Assembly (NCBI GenBank): GCA_009103225.1
Contig: RHPI01002069.1
Span: 2,070,846-2,134,845, forward strand
Direction: 5' to 3'
Length of the DNA: 64,000 nt
Source: Chlorokybus atmophyticus
Taxonomy: Eukaryota > Plantae > Mesostigma and Chlorokybus algae
Both the position numbers and the translations under genes were made by a program. The notes under the pieces were generated by a model. The model was not told where the DNA came from. It was given only the letters and a program-made list of their open reading frames with translations, and ran no database searches. Each line of letters begins with the position of its first letter. Positions within the stretch are counted from its first letter, which is position 1. Of this stretch, positions 35,221-47,863 are shown in pieces.

Positions 35221-36930
35221 ATGATGTCGGCGGCAGCAGTTGAATCCCCCTCACGTAGGAGACCATGCTTGATGTGCCCACGATGCAATGCGTACGTATG
35301 TGCCAATGGCCGTAGGCAGCAAATGCCAGCACACTTGATCGAATGCCAGCGACTGCAGACAGTATGCCACGGTTTTTGTGCTGCTTGCTTGCATCACACC
35401 ACACACAATGTCGACGCGTTTGGCTGCCGCCTCGGCAAAGTGCTGTGCAAGGAACCCGAATTTTTCCACTGCGTGCAATGCGTGTGCGAATCGTGCTCGC
35501 GCTCATGCTTCGAGTGGCGAGGGGAACCCATGCGCTTCTTCACATGGACAACACCGGGACATGTGGTTAATGGACAAGTGGTGGATGCTGTGGAGATAAT
35601 TTGGCAGAGTGGACCGCGACGTATCACTGCATGTTATGTTGGGCGTATGCTTATTTCATGCATGTTGAAGCTGTTGTCGCATTTAGAGCAGTCTTCCACG
35701 GTGAGGGCGTGGGCAGTTCCATCCCTTGGCCGCTGTAGAGGAGGCCGACCATCGACCGTTGAACAGCGCATTGCATCGGCTGCGGAACGCAGTCAAGTTG
35801 GGATGCGAGCAGCTGATCGGTGTGAGAGTCATGGTGCATTGGCCGCTGGATGGGGAATGGTATGCGGGCGTTGTGGAATCATTCAAGCAAGCGTCAGGTC
35901 AGCATCGCTTCGTGGCGTGCGAGATTGAGGACGCATCATATATGCATGGTGCAATGAAAACTGTCTTTGCAGGGCAGCACCGTATAGTATTCGATGACGG
36001 TGATCGACCACAAACCATCAGCTTTAAAGGGCACAATGTATTCGCGTACACATCAGTTGACGGGGCACGCCATAGTCTGCGCGTCGGAGGGGAGAACGTC
36101 AGTTGCAAAGTAAGCCCGAACGGCATAATTGTAAGTCCCTGGCCAGCACCACGGCCAGCCTTGACCACATACACGCCATTTGACAACAAGCTTGGACGCA
36201 CACGCTGACTAAGGGCACTCGACCTATTCTGCGGCGGTGGCGGTGCCAGTGTCGATCTATACCACGCAGGCTTTGACGTGACCGGGATGGACATAAGGCC
36301 CTCCTCTGAGTACCTGCTGCCCTTCATACACCGCGATGTATGCACCCAGAGTGCAGGAGAGCTAAGCGAGTATGAGCTGATGTGGGCCAGTCCACCATGC
36401 CAGGCCTATTCAGGTGCTATCCCGGCACATGGCACATCCTAGAGACATCAGGATATGATACCGCTCGTCCGACATCTACTGCTTGCAAGCCAGGTCGAGT
36501 TTGTGATTGAGAATGTGCCAGGAGCAGCTTTCTCATTCAGACCTAATCTGTCCCTTTGTGGCACGATATTTGGCCTATCAACTTTCCGACACCGTCTGTT
36601 TGAAACACAGCCAGTGGTAGCTACCCCACCAGCACGCTGCTCGCACGCGGGCAAAGCAGTTGGACTGCTATCGCCGCACCTGTCCACTAGCGCGGAGAAG
36701 ACAATTGTGACATCAAACGCGCCACAGCAAATGTACCCGATCTATGGCCAAGCACCAGGGGCGGCATTACTGCATGGCAAACAGCGCTGGGAGTGCCATA
36801 GATGACCTCGGCCGTTACCATAGCAAATGCAGTTCCTCCCGCAATAGCGGAGTGCATAGGGCGTCTCATGCTTGAAACAATGAATATGCGCTGTGACTAC
36901 CCTCCTGTGTCATGGAACTATAAGGCTTGA
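35221..36930 (+). pseudogene. cargo gene 3: Cys-rich finger + Tudor domain + C5 cytosine DNA methyltransferase
   Basis: Tudor IGVRVMVHWPLDGEWYAGVVESF...HRIVFDDGD. MTase motifs: I ALDLFCGGGG, IV WASPPCQAYS, VI FVIENVPG, then LCGTIFGL...RHRLFE, WQTALGVPxMT, X ANAVPPAIAECIG. Three in-frame stops and one frameshift. Confidence 0.9.
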
Positions 36931-39611
36931 TTGTGGTGCACTGTATTGATGCTTAATGCCACACGGCGGACTGATTGTTAAATGTTGCATGGCAAATTCG
37001 ATTGTGGTGACAGTTGTGCAGTGACAGCTGCCCGCTATTGTACATGTCCACATGCAAAAGTCTTAGCATACGATTAGCAATGCCTAACTGAATAATATGC
37101 TCCAAAGAGTAGTGAGACAAGTACATGTGTCACGTGGCAGTGCAGTGAATGTTCACCCAATACTTGCCCCCTTGTACACGGGCGCTGTCCTTGTCAAACA
37201 TGGGGAGCAGCTGGACAATGCGTTTTACTTGCTCCAAAGTCACGACATCGAGATGTGGACCCCCTCGACGCTTTTCCCATTCCAGAGTGATGCACTTTGT
37301 GTCGCTCGTCACATCCAGCTTCGTGTACCAGCGGACAAACATGACCTCCTTCCACACGCGCTCGCCGCTACCACCCCACACCACCACGCGCAAAAAAAAG
37401 AGTGCCTGAGCCCACCACGTTATATTCACACCGTCCTCATCACCTTCAAACTCAAGTGTAGAGAACCAAGGCCGCCCATGGAACATCCCAGTTGCGCGCG
37501 CCATGCTGACTCCTGATGTCATGTACACCGCTGCGCCTCCGTTCACCACGCGAACAGCACGCCACCCGTCGGCCAACTCCAGTTGTTCCCTCCTCAACCA
37601 GCTGTTCAAGGTGGCAGGTAGCTTGACGGCGAATGAAGTCTTCAGGGCGACTTGGCGGCTACGCGCAGATCCGCTCCAGTACGGGCTGGACTCCCTCCTC
37701 GTCAGCACATCCACCCGTAGCAACTTATTCGTCTTCTCCATTACGTTACAGCACTGCTGCCGCGCCTGCGCCATGACCGAGCGCATCTCGGGATCCACGA
37801 CCATGCCATCCCCTCTCACATATTCCGCACAGCTCCATGCGTTCAGGATATGCGCCTGGTAATCTCGGTTGTTGCCACCACGCGCCCACCGTTTGATATT
37901 TTGGGCGTGCGTCTGCTCCATGCGGTTGGCGCTGAACCGATTCGGGTGTCCGCTGCTGACAATTAACGGCCCACAATGAGTGAGCTGATGCATCTTCTCG
38001 ATCTTCCAACCTGACTTCTGTGCAAAATTTGACGACAGTAGCGGATGCAACACTGCAGCTTTGAAGGCAGCCAGCTCGTTGTCGGCTGTGGTCAGGGTCT
38101 CTCTTGTGTGTTCATGCGCCTTGAGCAACTTCTTGTTCTACTGGGCAAGCGATGCGGCAGCAATGGTGAAGAAATCGTTGCCCTCATTGTCGAGCAGCAA
38201 ACCGTCTGCAAGGACCGGCAGCCGCTGCAGCACCGCCACTTTCTCCACCACTTGAAAAGAGCGGTCGGACGGGAAGAAATCTGCTGTGCTTGTGGGTGCC
38301 TTAAAGTGCGAAACCCGTAGAGTCGCCTTGCATGCATTCAGCCTATGCACATCTGCTTGTGAACACATGTCGCTGGCTTTTGTGTTCAACACAAAAGCAA
38401 CACCTGCGAGGTGCCTGGCTTGCAGAATCTGTCTTATGGATGGACGCATCCGTTCCTTCGTAGTGTCGTACACAGAAGCAAGCAGGTGGTCAATGATGCC
38501 TCCCAGCACATGCATTGCGTTAGGGGCAAGACGAGAGTAGTAGTCAGCTCCCGGCACCCGCGACTGTCGCCAACCCCACAGTGCATTCTGTTGCCAAACC
38601 ACATTGCCTGGTTTCACGGAAAGCCATTCATCCTCACGAATGCTGGTAATTTGACCATTGCCTCCTCGACATGCATGGAGTGCTGCTTTTTTAAAGCCTT
38701 GGATGTCTGGCGTGCATTTTTAACACCGCTATGCAAGTCCGCCCGCAGCTGACATATTGCTGGTGTGCAGAAGGCCTCAGTTCTCAATTCCTGGTTCTCA
38801 TATATCTTCAACAGATATGATTTGGTGACGAGACAAACATCGCAAGGATGTCGTGTTTAGTTGCCCGACACAATGCGTGCGAGTGTAGCAATCTCCTGCA
38901 ACACGACAAACTCAGATGCTTTACTGACAACATCCTCCATGCACTGTTTGCTGGCAGGTCGCATCCGGTTACAACCATGCATGCCCACTACCTGCAAGTC
39001 GCTGATGTAGTTGGCAAGCGCGGGAAACACACGACGCTCGATGCCATTCGTGTCGATGAGCTGCAGACCTTCCCAGCTCGCCCGCTTCACATCCCCTAAC
39101 ACTACATTCAAAGCGTTATGAAAAATCTCACGTTTACGAATGGAGAACGATTCCTTGCCCAGTTGGGATGCCCGGCCACTGCCACTGTGAACCACCGGCA
39201 GAAGCGCTATTATAACAACCTCCATGTTGCTAGCATACATGTCCCAACTGCAGTTGGCAAGCAATGCCATTAGAGGGTAGCCAGAGCGCTTGCCCGTGCT
39301 GTCCAGCGTGGTCTTGTCACTATACAAAATGGCAGGCGCCAAGTAGGACGCTTCCCCCACCTCTCTCCTCAAATCCACCTCCACATCCTTCCACCAATCG
39401 CCCGTGGAAGGATGGCCAAAGCTGTGCTCGTCACCACTGTACTAGAGATTGAAGCCATTAGCGGCATGTGGATTGCCATACAACCGTGCGAGCCATACCT
39501 GCTCCGACCAAGAGCATTAACAGGCATCCTGGCCTCTGAATAGATACTGCATCGATATTGCATTATGTACTGCATTTCACAGACCTTGGCCGGCATATAT
39601 GTGACGCTGAT

Positions 39612-40068
39612 TGTTGATGAAGCTAGCAACACATGTAGCTAAGGCTGATGCTGGACATGCACACACACAACTCTACAGCCGCGAGAGCATATACAAGAGC
39701 AACACTTTCACGTGATTACAACTCAAGCATAGGCTTTTATACCCGCTGCAGATACACCTGTCTACTCTAGAAGCAACTGTGTACGCTACACGTCACCTAT
39801 CATGAACTTGAGTGCATGACGTAGCTAACTTCACGACCTTTCTAACAAGCTAAGCCACGCGCCAATCGGTTCAGTAACCACCGAGTTATGAGTGTTCTTC
39901 TACGCGCCTGAAAGTCGCGCCTGGAACCTTCTTTTCGACTGGAGTCTCCGCCTAAAACCTTCTTGAATGGAGTCCGCGCCTGGAACCTTCTGGCGGCCAA
40001 ACCTTCGGAGTTGACGCCTATGCCTATATGAAGGGCAAGGCTGACCGGATATAGAAATATCCTCAACA
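39612..40068 (-). repeat. 3' LTR of copia-2
   Basis: Direct repeat of 44091-44550. Confidence 0.96.
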
Positions 40069-40149
40069 CTCCCACGCGGGCAGCTTGTCCTAATCCGTGA
40101 GTCACTGCTCCTGCATGATCACATGCAAATGCCAAGTCCCGAACAACAC

Positions 40150-43100
40150 GCCTAAAACTTGCTTGGTGACAACGCCTTTGTCATGAAGTCCGCAAGCATG
40201 GCCTCGGTGTTGCAGTACTAGAACTCGATCTCCTTCCTTGTGACTCTGTCACGGGCAAAGTGATGCATGACATCAATGTGCTTTGTCCTTGCTGAGGCGA
40301 TGGGATGCTTCAGCAACTTGATGGCGCCTTGGTTGTCGCAGTGGATTGTGATGCATGCCATTGAGTGCTCCAGATCTGCCATCAGCTTGCGAAGCCATAG
40401 TGCCCCCTCCTTTGTAGCTGCTGTTGCTGCCATGTACTCAGCCTCTTAAGTGGATGCCGCTGCAGTTGGCTGCAGCCTACTGGTTCAGCTCACGATGCCT
40501 CCATTCAATTTGAAGACATAGCCGGTGGTGGACCTCCTGCTGTCGAGGTCTCCTGCAAAGTCTGAGTCGCAGTAGCCCTCCAACTCCGAGCTCCCGCTCT
40601 CAAACTTGATGCCAATAGTTGCACTTCCAGTAACATAGCAAAGTACACCCTTTGCAGCCTTCCAATGCTCCATGCTCGGTGCAGACATGTAGCGAGCAAG
40701 GACTCCAACAGCATGTGCAATGTCTGGACGTGTGCACACTTCTAGATAGAGCATGCTGCCTACCAGTTCACTGTAAGGGTACTTGACCTTGTCAAGAATC
40801 TCCTCATCCTTTGCCTTGACGAGGTGGGTGCCGAGTGCAAGTGGAGTAGACTTAGTCTTTGCCTCCTTGAGCCCGAACTTGGTGACAAGTCTCTTCACCA
40901 TCTGCTCCTGACTAATCTTGATGGTGTGCGCCGCTCTGTCGCGCTCAATCACCATGCCAAGAAACCACTTGGCCTCGCCAAGATCACGCATTGAGAACGC
41001 CTGTTGCAGTGCCTTCTTCGTCTCCTCCAAGTCTTTCATGTGCTTGGCGGTTATAATGATGTCATCCACGTACACCAACAGGTACACCTTCATCTCAGGG
41101 TGGAAGAAGAGTCCAGGGTCTGCTGAGGACGCCTGAAAGCCAAGTGCTTCCAACTCCTTGGTGAGGCGGATGTGCCACATGCGTGGTGCCTGTCTCAGCC
41201 CATACAACGCCTTGATGAGCTTGCAAACAGTGCCTGGCTCCCCTTCTTCGTATCCCGGTGGTTGTTGGATGCAGATCTCTTCCTCAAGCTCTCCATAAAG
41301 GAAGGCAGTCTTCACGTCAAGATGGTGAAGCTCCAAGTTTTCAGCCGCAACCATGGCCAGCAATGTGCGGAATGTGGCATGCTTACTTGCGGGCGCGAAG
41401 ACCTCATTGAAGTCCACGCCTTCTTGTTGCAAGAAGCCCTTTGCAACGAGCCTTGCCTGATAGCGCTCTATGTTGCCTTGACCGTCTCTCTTCACCTTAA
41501 AAACCCACTTGACAGGGATTGGTTTCTCACCTGAAGGTAGCTTCTCAAGTACCCAGGTTTGGTTGGTATGCAGTGACGCGATCTCCTCATCCATGGCTTG
41601 CTGCCACTGCTCTGCATCAGGTGCTTGCAGTGCCTCTGAGTATGTACTTGGCTCCTATGTGCTGTCTCCCTCTTAGCACACGCCTACAAGTGCCTTGTGG
41701 TAGAAGTCTGGGCGCTTTTTTCCCCTCTCAGGGTAGCGACGAACAGGCGCCTGCTGCTGCTCGCCTGAAGACCTTTCAGGGGGCGCCTGAAGGTCCTTTG
41801 TGATGATGTCTGCCTCGCCTGAAGCCTCCACTCTCTTAGGAACGGCTTGTGATTGTACCTCATCTTCATCCTTTGGAAAGAAGCCCGCTTCTGGTAGTGA
41901 CCCCTCGTGGAACACCACCTCTCTGCTGACGATGACCTTGATCTCTCCTCCGTCCAGATCCTGTACGCCTTTGAGCCTGGTTCGTAGCTAACAAAGACTC
42001 CCTTCTTGCTGACTGGCTCCAACTTGTGCCGTAGCTGCTTTGACACTAGTGCGTATGCTGTGCAACCAAACACACGCATACCACTCACATCTGGTGCAGC
42101 TCCATAGAAGAGCTCCCACGGTGTCTTCTTATCAGAGCTCACAGGTGACCGATTGCGGATGTAGTTGGCAGTGAGGACTGCCTCCTTCCACAGAGCGTCC
42201 TCCATCTTGCAATCGTTGAGCATAGCCCGCACACGCTCCAACAGGGTCCGGTTCAGGCGTTCAGTCGCTCCGTTTTGCTGTGGAGTGTAGGGCGCCGTTG
42301 TCTGATGCCTTATGCCTTTGCTGGCGAAGAAGTCTTTGAGCTGGGCGTTGATGTACTCCCCTCCTCGATCACTGCGCATTGCCTTCATCTTCTTGCCTGA
42401 TTATGTCTCTAGCAATGCCACGACGTTGCGCACAGCTCCTTCAACTTCCGACTTCAGAGATAAAGGGTAGATGATGGACAGCTTGCTGTGGTCGTCGAGG
42501 AAAGTTGCAAAGTACCTTACCCCTCCCTTCGCCACAACGCGCTTAGGCCCGCAAACATCCATGTGTACCAACTCGCCTGCATGTTGACTGCTAGAAGAAG
42601 ATGACGGGAACGGCATCCTATGCTGCTTGGCCATGACACAGGGTTCAAACAGCACACCTGAAGACGCCTGAAAGTCTTCTTTGCTGACGTGGATGCCCTT
42701 GACCATATCTTTAGCCACCAGGCGTGTGAGGTTGTTGTAGCCAAGATGCCCGAACCTCATATGCCAAAGTTCAGCCGTTTCCTTCTCCGTCACCACGTTG
42801 GCCTTGATGCTATAAAGCTGCTCCACGATGTAGAGCCCTCCTTGCGTGATGCCAACCATATGCATGACCCCATCCATGAGCACAGAGCATCGACCCTCCC
42901 GGATGATCTCAGCTCCCACGCGCTCAGCAACCCTCGCAGAGAGTAGACTAGCAGCAGCCCCAGGAACGTGCAGAACTTCTCTCAGCAAGACCTCTCTCAC
43001 ACCATCACCAACCTTGCAGTTGAGCCGCACTTCACCCACGCCTACAGCCTCCAGCATATGACCACTGAAGCCCTCCACCTTCCTTATGGTTTGCAGCTTC

Positions 43101-44018
43101 CTGTAGTTTTTCATGACCTCCATGTGGTGTCAGGTGCTGGTTGCATCCACAGTCTATCGCCCATGATGTGGTAGACATCTCCCTTGTTGCAGTGAAGGCA
43201 ACGTTCTTCTCCTTGCGTTGGTCGTTGCCATTGCTGGTGGTGCTAGTGCTCGCTCCTTGCTCTCGTAAGCGCTTGCGACAGTCTTTCAAGATGTGACCCT
43301 TGAAGCCACAGTAGTTGCACGTGAGGTTCTTATGCCTGTTGAGGTTGCCACCTCTGCCTTTGTTCTTCTCTTCATGGTTGTAGGGTTTCTTCTTGTTCGT
43401 GTAGAAGGCGACAGCGTCGGCGTGCTCGTCCTTCTTCACCACACGTTGCTCCACAGTCAGTAACTTGGGCAACACATCGTCCAGGGTTAGCTCCGATGAC
43501 AATGTCTCTAGCAGAGTGGTGACGACTTCATATTCTGCTGGTAGTCCTGCCATGATAGCCAGTACGACCTCCGTCTCTCCCATCTGATGGCCGACGTTGT
43601 TGAGGTCCGCCCACAGCTCTCTTGCACGCGCCACATACTTGGTGATGGGCTCGCCACCCTCCTTCTTGAGCGCACTCAGCTGCTTGCGAAGCGTAAGCTT
43701 TCTGGCGTTGTTCTTGGCCTGGAACACGGATGCAAGCTTCTCCCAAGCCTGCCTCCCATCTTCACATGCGGTGAGCATGGGAAAGTGATGCGGTTTGCAA
43801 TTCAACACAAGCAAAGCGTGTGCTTCTGCTGAACGCTCAGACCACACAGTATTCTCCCCTGGTATTGGTGGTGGTGCCTTCGGATCCACGTACTTCCACA
43901 TCTTCTTGTGGATGAGAAGCACCTTCATCTCCACACACCATGTGCTGTAGTTGTTGATGTCCATCTTTGCCGCGCCTGCTCCTCTCTGGCAGTTGGCACC
44001 CAAGACTCTGCTACTCAC
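40150..44018 (-). pseudogene. copia-2 gag-pol with multiple frameshifts and stops
   Basis: Homologous throughout to the copia-1 polyprotein (gag, CNYCGFKGHILKDC, WAIDCGC, LWHMRFGHL, RSDRGGEY, LLVYVDD, GYCDSDFAG). Confidence 0.93.
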
Positions 44019-44090
44019 AAGCTACCGTGGTGTAGTACTACAAATGTCTGCTTCTATCACACCCTTGACACGTGGTGTGGGCCCATAACC

Positions 44091-44550
44091 TATTGAAGAA
44101 GCTAGCAACACATGTAGCTAAGGCTGATGCTGGACATGCACACACACAACTCTACAGCCGCGAGAGCATACACAAGAGCAACACTTTCACTTGATTACAA
44201 CTCAAGCATGGGCTTTTACACCCGCTGCAGATACACCTGTCTACTCTAGAAGCAACTGTGTACGCTACACGTCACTTATCACCATGAACTTAAGTGCATG
44301 ACGTAGCTAACTTCACGACCTTTTTAACAAGCTAAGCCACGCGCCAATCGGTGCAGTAACCACTGAGTTATGAGTGTTCTTCTACGTGCCTGGAAGTCGC
44401 GCCTGGAACCTTCTCTTCGATTGGAGTCTCCGCCTAGAACCTTCTTGAATGGAGTCCGCGCCTGGAACCTTCTGGCGGCCAAACCTTCGGAGTTGACGCC
44501 TATGCCTATATGAAGGGCAAGGCTGACCGGATATAGAAATATCCTCAACA
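44091..44550 (-). repeat. 5' LTR of copia-2
   Basis: Direct repeat of 39612-40068. Confidence 0.96.
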
Positions 44551-45659
44551 CTGATGTCATGATCCTCATGGTTTTTAGGCTTGCGCAGGTCAGCCGTCAC
44601 GTAATTCTGATACGGCAGCACACTCGCATGTGCATATGTGACATGGCTCTGATGGTTGAAGCACATGCACCGCACACCGTGAATTCACCTTAAGCTGAGA
44701 GAAAGCAATTGTGGTCCGGAGGTAGCTGGCCACATGCATACCGGTCTCCCACTGGAGCTCTTCCGTCAGGAAAGGTGCATTTCAGATTCACTTGATGATC
44801 CGCCTTTTGTCGGAGGCCGACAGGCCTTGGCCGTTGTTGCACTGCACGAATGCCACTACAAGAGCATGCTCCGAGCCATACCACCTGGATTCCGACGCGT
44901 GCGAAGGGACGCCTCCACTTTCATGTTGGCGTGCCACAGGTTTCTCAGGCACACGCACACATCGAAAGCCCTCGTTCACTTCTGTTGCTGCTGTGCGTGT
45001 GTCTCCTGAAGGAATCCTAATGCATCAAGCATATGCGCATCATGGATCAAACTTCCCGGTTCAACATGACCCGCATCGTACTATAATGTCCGCTGGCCGA
45101 CATACAGCTTGGATTGCTTGCACACTCTGCTGCTAACAATGTGCCTGTAGACCAAGCTGCGTGTGGCGAAGCGCATGTGGCAATACGGACAAAGAACTTA
45201 CATATCTCACTACTGACGACACAGGTGTTGCCAATGTAACCTGTTTCATATCCAGCAACACGCACGCCCGCCGCCGCCGCCGCCACCGCCACCGCCACCG
45301 CTACCCTTGCATGCCAGAGGCGAGAAACTTGGCCACCATTCACTGGCTCCGTTGTACCATTATTATGGTACGACCGAGTTATTGCACATCCAGGTTGAGT
45401 CTCTGCACATATATTCCAATTGAACCGTTTCAATGGTACAAAGATGCCTTTGCCAAAAGGTACCATTTGAAATGGTTCCTTTGTACAGTGGCAATGGCAG
45501 TTCGTACCATTGACAACTGCTGTGCTTGCGCATGAAAACACCATTGATAGCTCGCCAAGCTATGCCCTGACAAGGGCGTGATGCTGAGGGTATGTGGCGT
45601 TTAGTGGATCGTTGGCGGCGCTGCCATGGGCGTAGTGGGCGTAGTGGTCGAGGTCCGGG

Positions 45660-46515
45660 ATGACTTCCATGTGTGCACAGGGCGGGCAGGATGCCGGAGG
45701 GGTGTCTTTGGTGTCAAACCCCACTTTGCCTACCAAGGGCACAGCCAATGACAACAGTGACTCGGGCAATATCTTACAGGGCTCCCCCTCCGAGTGGGCA
45801 AAGGCACACCACAATACTTCCTCTAAGAACATCCAACCCACCAGCAGCTGCGACCACGGCGACATGATTGAAGGGACCAAACAAGACTGGCGTAACCAAG
45901 GTGGGTTACGATGCATTGTCAATGCCACATGCTATGGTTCTTTTATCTTGCACATGCACAGCCTCAAGTATCTTGCACATGACATACACTATCAATACCA
46001 TATGCACACCTTCATGCACAGCCTCCAGTATCATGCACATGAACAGCATGATCAATCTCGCAAATGCACAGCCTATTTCTACTTGCGGGAGCTTACAAGT
46101 CGCAAAAGAGAAGCTGCTGAGTACCACGAACGGGTAATCTATGACCTAGTTTAATGATTCCAGCGGCAATTAAGCAGTATGCTTGCAGATTGCCATGTTG
46201 GTTAGAGTGAACCGAGAGCAGCGCGGCAGGCTGACTGTCTGCCTGGCGGAGTGCAACAAAGCGGAAGACGAGGTAAGCATGTGTATGCTGATGGGCTAGT
46301 CCTCTGGCAGCACGCCACTCTTACAGCATTACCAAATGCAGGTGGTCACTCTTAAAGCGACCATCAAGCGCATGCGCGTGCACGGCGAGGCGCTGACATT
46401 CAAGCTGAAGGACGAAGTAGCCGCTGTAGTGTCAGCGAGCGGGGCAGCGGATGAAGATGACTCCGATGTTGAAGCAGAAGACATGTCGGAGGAGGAACAG
46501 GAGGAGAGGGTTTGA
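45660..46515 (+). CDS. cargo gene 4: small spliced protein, helical region plus acidic tail, unknown function
   Basis: Phase-consistent exons ...DWRNQ|AYFYLRELTSRKREAAEYHER|IAMLVRVNREQRGRLTVCLAECNKAEDE|VVTLKATIKRMRVHGE...EDDSDVEAEDMSEEEQEERV*. Conserved in copy B; start uncertain. Confidence 0.6.
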
Positions 46516-47773
46516 GGAGGAGTTCTGAGGCAGGCACCACGGGTTGACAAGCTGCGCTGAGTGCGACAGCTAGACTCAATGTTATAGGGTAGTTTCATGC
46601 GCAAGTCGGTTGCTCAGTTGCAAGTGGACATACTCTTACCACTGCCGGTACATTGTATATTGTGGGCTTATAGGTGCAAGACCAAACAATCAGTCCAAGA
46701 TTTGTACAAGCTGCATGGCATGTTATTGTTGGCTTACGGCAAGAATTGCCAACTTTTGTCAAACGGCAAGGGTCACATATTAACAGCAGTGTAACGGCAA
46801 AGAAACTGCCGGCTATTGCTGTCAGCTGTCCATAATTACCGGCTGACGGCCGTCTGTGCACATCGACCAAAGGGTAACTGGTTGACAACTCTTGGCCGGT
46901 TAGTGCCATTGACAACCACTTTCGGCCCGCGGCCGTCTGCGTCAGTCCACTCAAGCCAACGGCAAACCCAACCGTCCAAAAGAAACATTTCAGGCAGCGG
47001 CAGGCAGGCTCAGGCAGGCCCAGGCACCAGTCAGCTCTTTGTCCTTAGCCAGTCACCGTGTAATTTGCGACGATGCTGCAAATCATACACCTGGAGCATT
47101 CATGCACCCTATCTTAATAACCGCTATTATAATGCGTTGTTGTTGATACGCGACATGCACATTCAATTTACTCATATCGATAATTACAATTGAAGCAATA
47201 TTAAAAAACAATAATAATAATAATAAGGATGCAACAGTCATTATGCGATTTCGTAAGGTCCATTAACACACTCACAAATGATGTCTGGAAAATGTCATGT
47301 ATCAGTGTCATGCACAAGATGTCACTTTAAACATTATTAATACATTAATACATTATTAATACATTATGAATACCTGTTATGACATGCATTTTGGGGTGTC
47401 CTACAACTATCGAGGCATCATTGTTACAAATCTCTATGGAAGAATTCAAGTAGCAAGGTGTGTGATATGCATGATATAAACATTGTGATTTAAATGATTC
47501 TTTTAAAGTTTGCATTGCAAACTTTGTTTCGATTTTAGTATATATGTGTTCACCTTTTATGTTTGCGGATATATCATCTCGGTATTGCAATAAACAATGA
47601 GCATACTTATTTCTATGTGGTCAAACATAAGCGTAACATAGTTAATGACATAATTGACATTGAAAAACATCGATAATGTACGAGCTGTGCATAAACCAGC
47701 TTTGACGCGCTGTCACATTCAAAGGACTAGCTTACGTCACTCTCAGTCCCTTACGTATGTGGTAAGGAGGAAG

Positions 47774-47863
47774 GATTAAATGAGGATTTTATATAGTCAT
47801 GGTGTATGTAGCACCTGGCATGTGCTTATGAAGTGAGTTCTTATGCACTTAATGTATAAGGAC
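47774..47863. repeat. degenerate dispersed repeat, similar to 14151-14240
   Basis: See the 14151-14240 alignment. Confidence 0.6.

Larger units (their letters stand above)
39612..44550 (-). mobile_element. Ty1/copia LTR retrotransposon (copia-2), full length, degenerate, inserted in a transposase exon
   Basis: LTRs 39612-40068 and 44091-44550 (about 16 substitutions plus a 3-bp indel by eye). Perfect TSD CTGAT (39607-11, 44551-55). PBS 44079-44090. The empty site is visible in copy B near 58530. Confidence 0.96.
37130..45260 (-). pseudogene. Plavaka-type (CMC-clade) DDE transposase, spliced, split by copia-2
   Basis: HPSTGDWWKDV, PAILYSDKTTLDSTGKRSGYPL..LAN, IALLP, CDVC, P(N/D)AMHVLGG (D/CxxH motif), KMHQLTH...FSANRMEQTHAQNIKRWARGGNNRD, and a C-terminal VMFVRWY region. 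The 5' end is approximate. Confidence 0.85.
28566..47060 (-). mobile_element. large Plavaka/CMC-like DNA transposon, copy A, with four cargo genes; interrupted by copia-2; left terminus not pinned down
   Basis: Plavaka-type transposase motifs. Collinear homology of 34200-39611 plus 44551-47085 with the inverted copy at 55892-64000. Homology stops at or within ~25 bp of ...CAGTCACCGTG (47060). Confidence 0.82.

Noticed and set aside
35260-35520. Cys-rich finger of cargo gene 3 as a CDCA7-type zf-4CXXC_R1 or PHD domain
   Set aside because: Cys/His spacing does not fit either consensus by eye; left as an unassigned putative zinc-binding domain pending an HMM or structure search.
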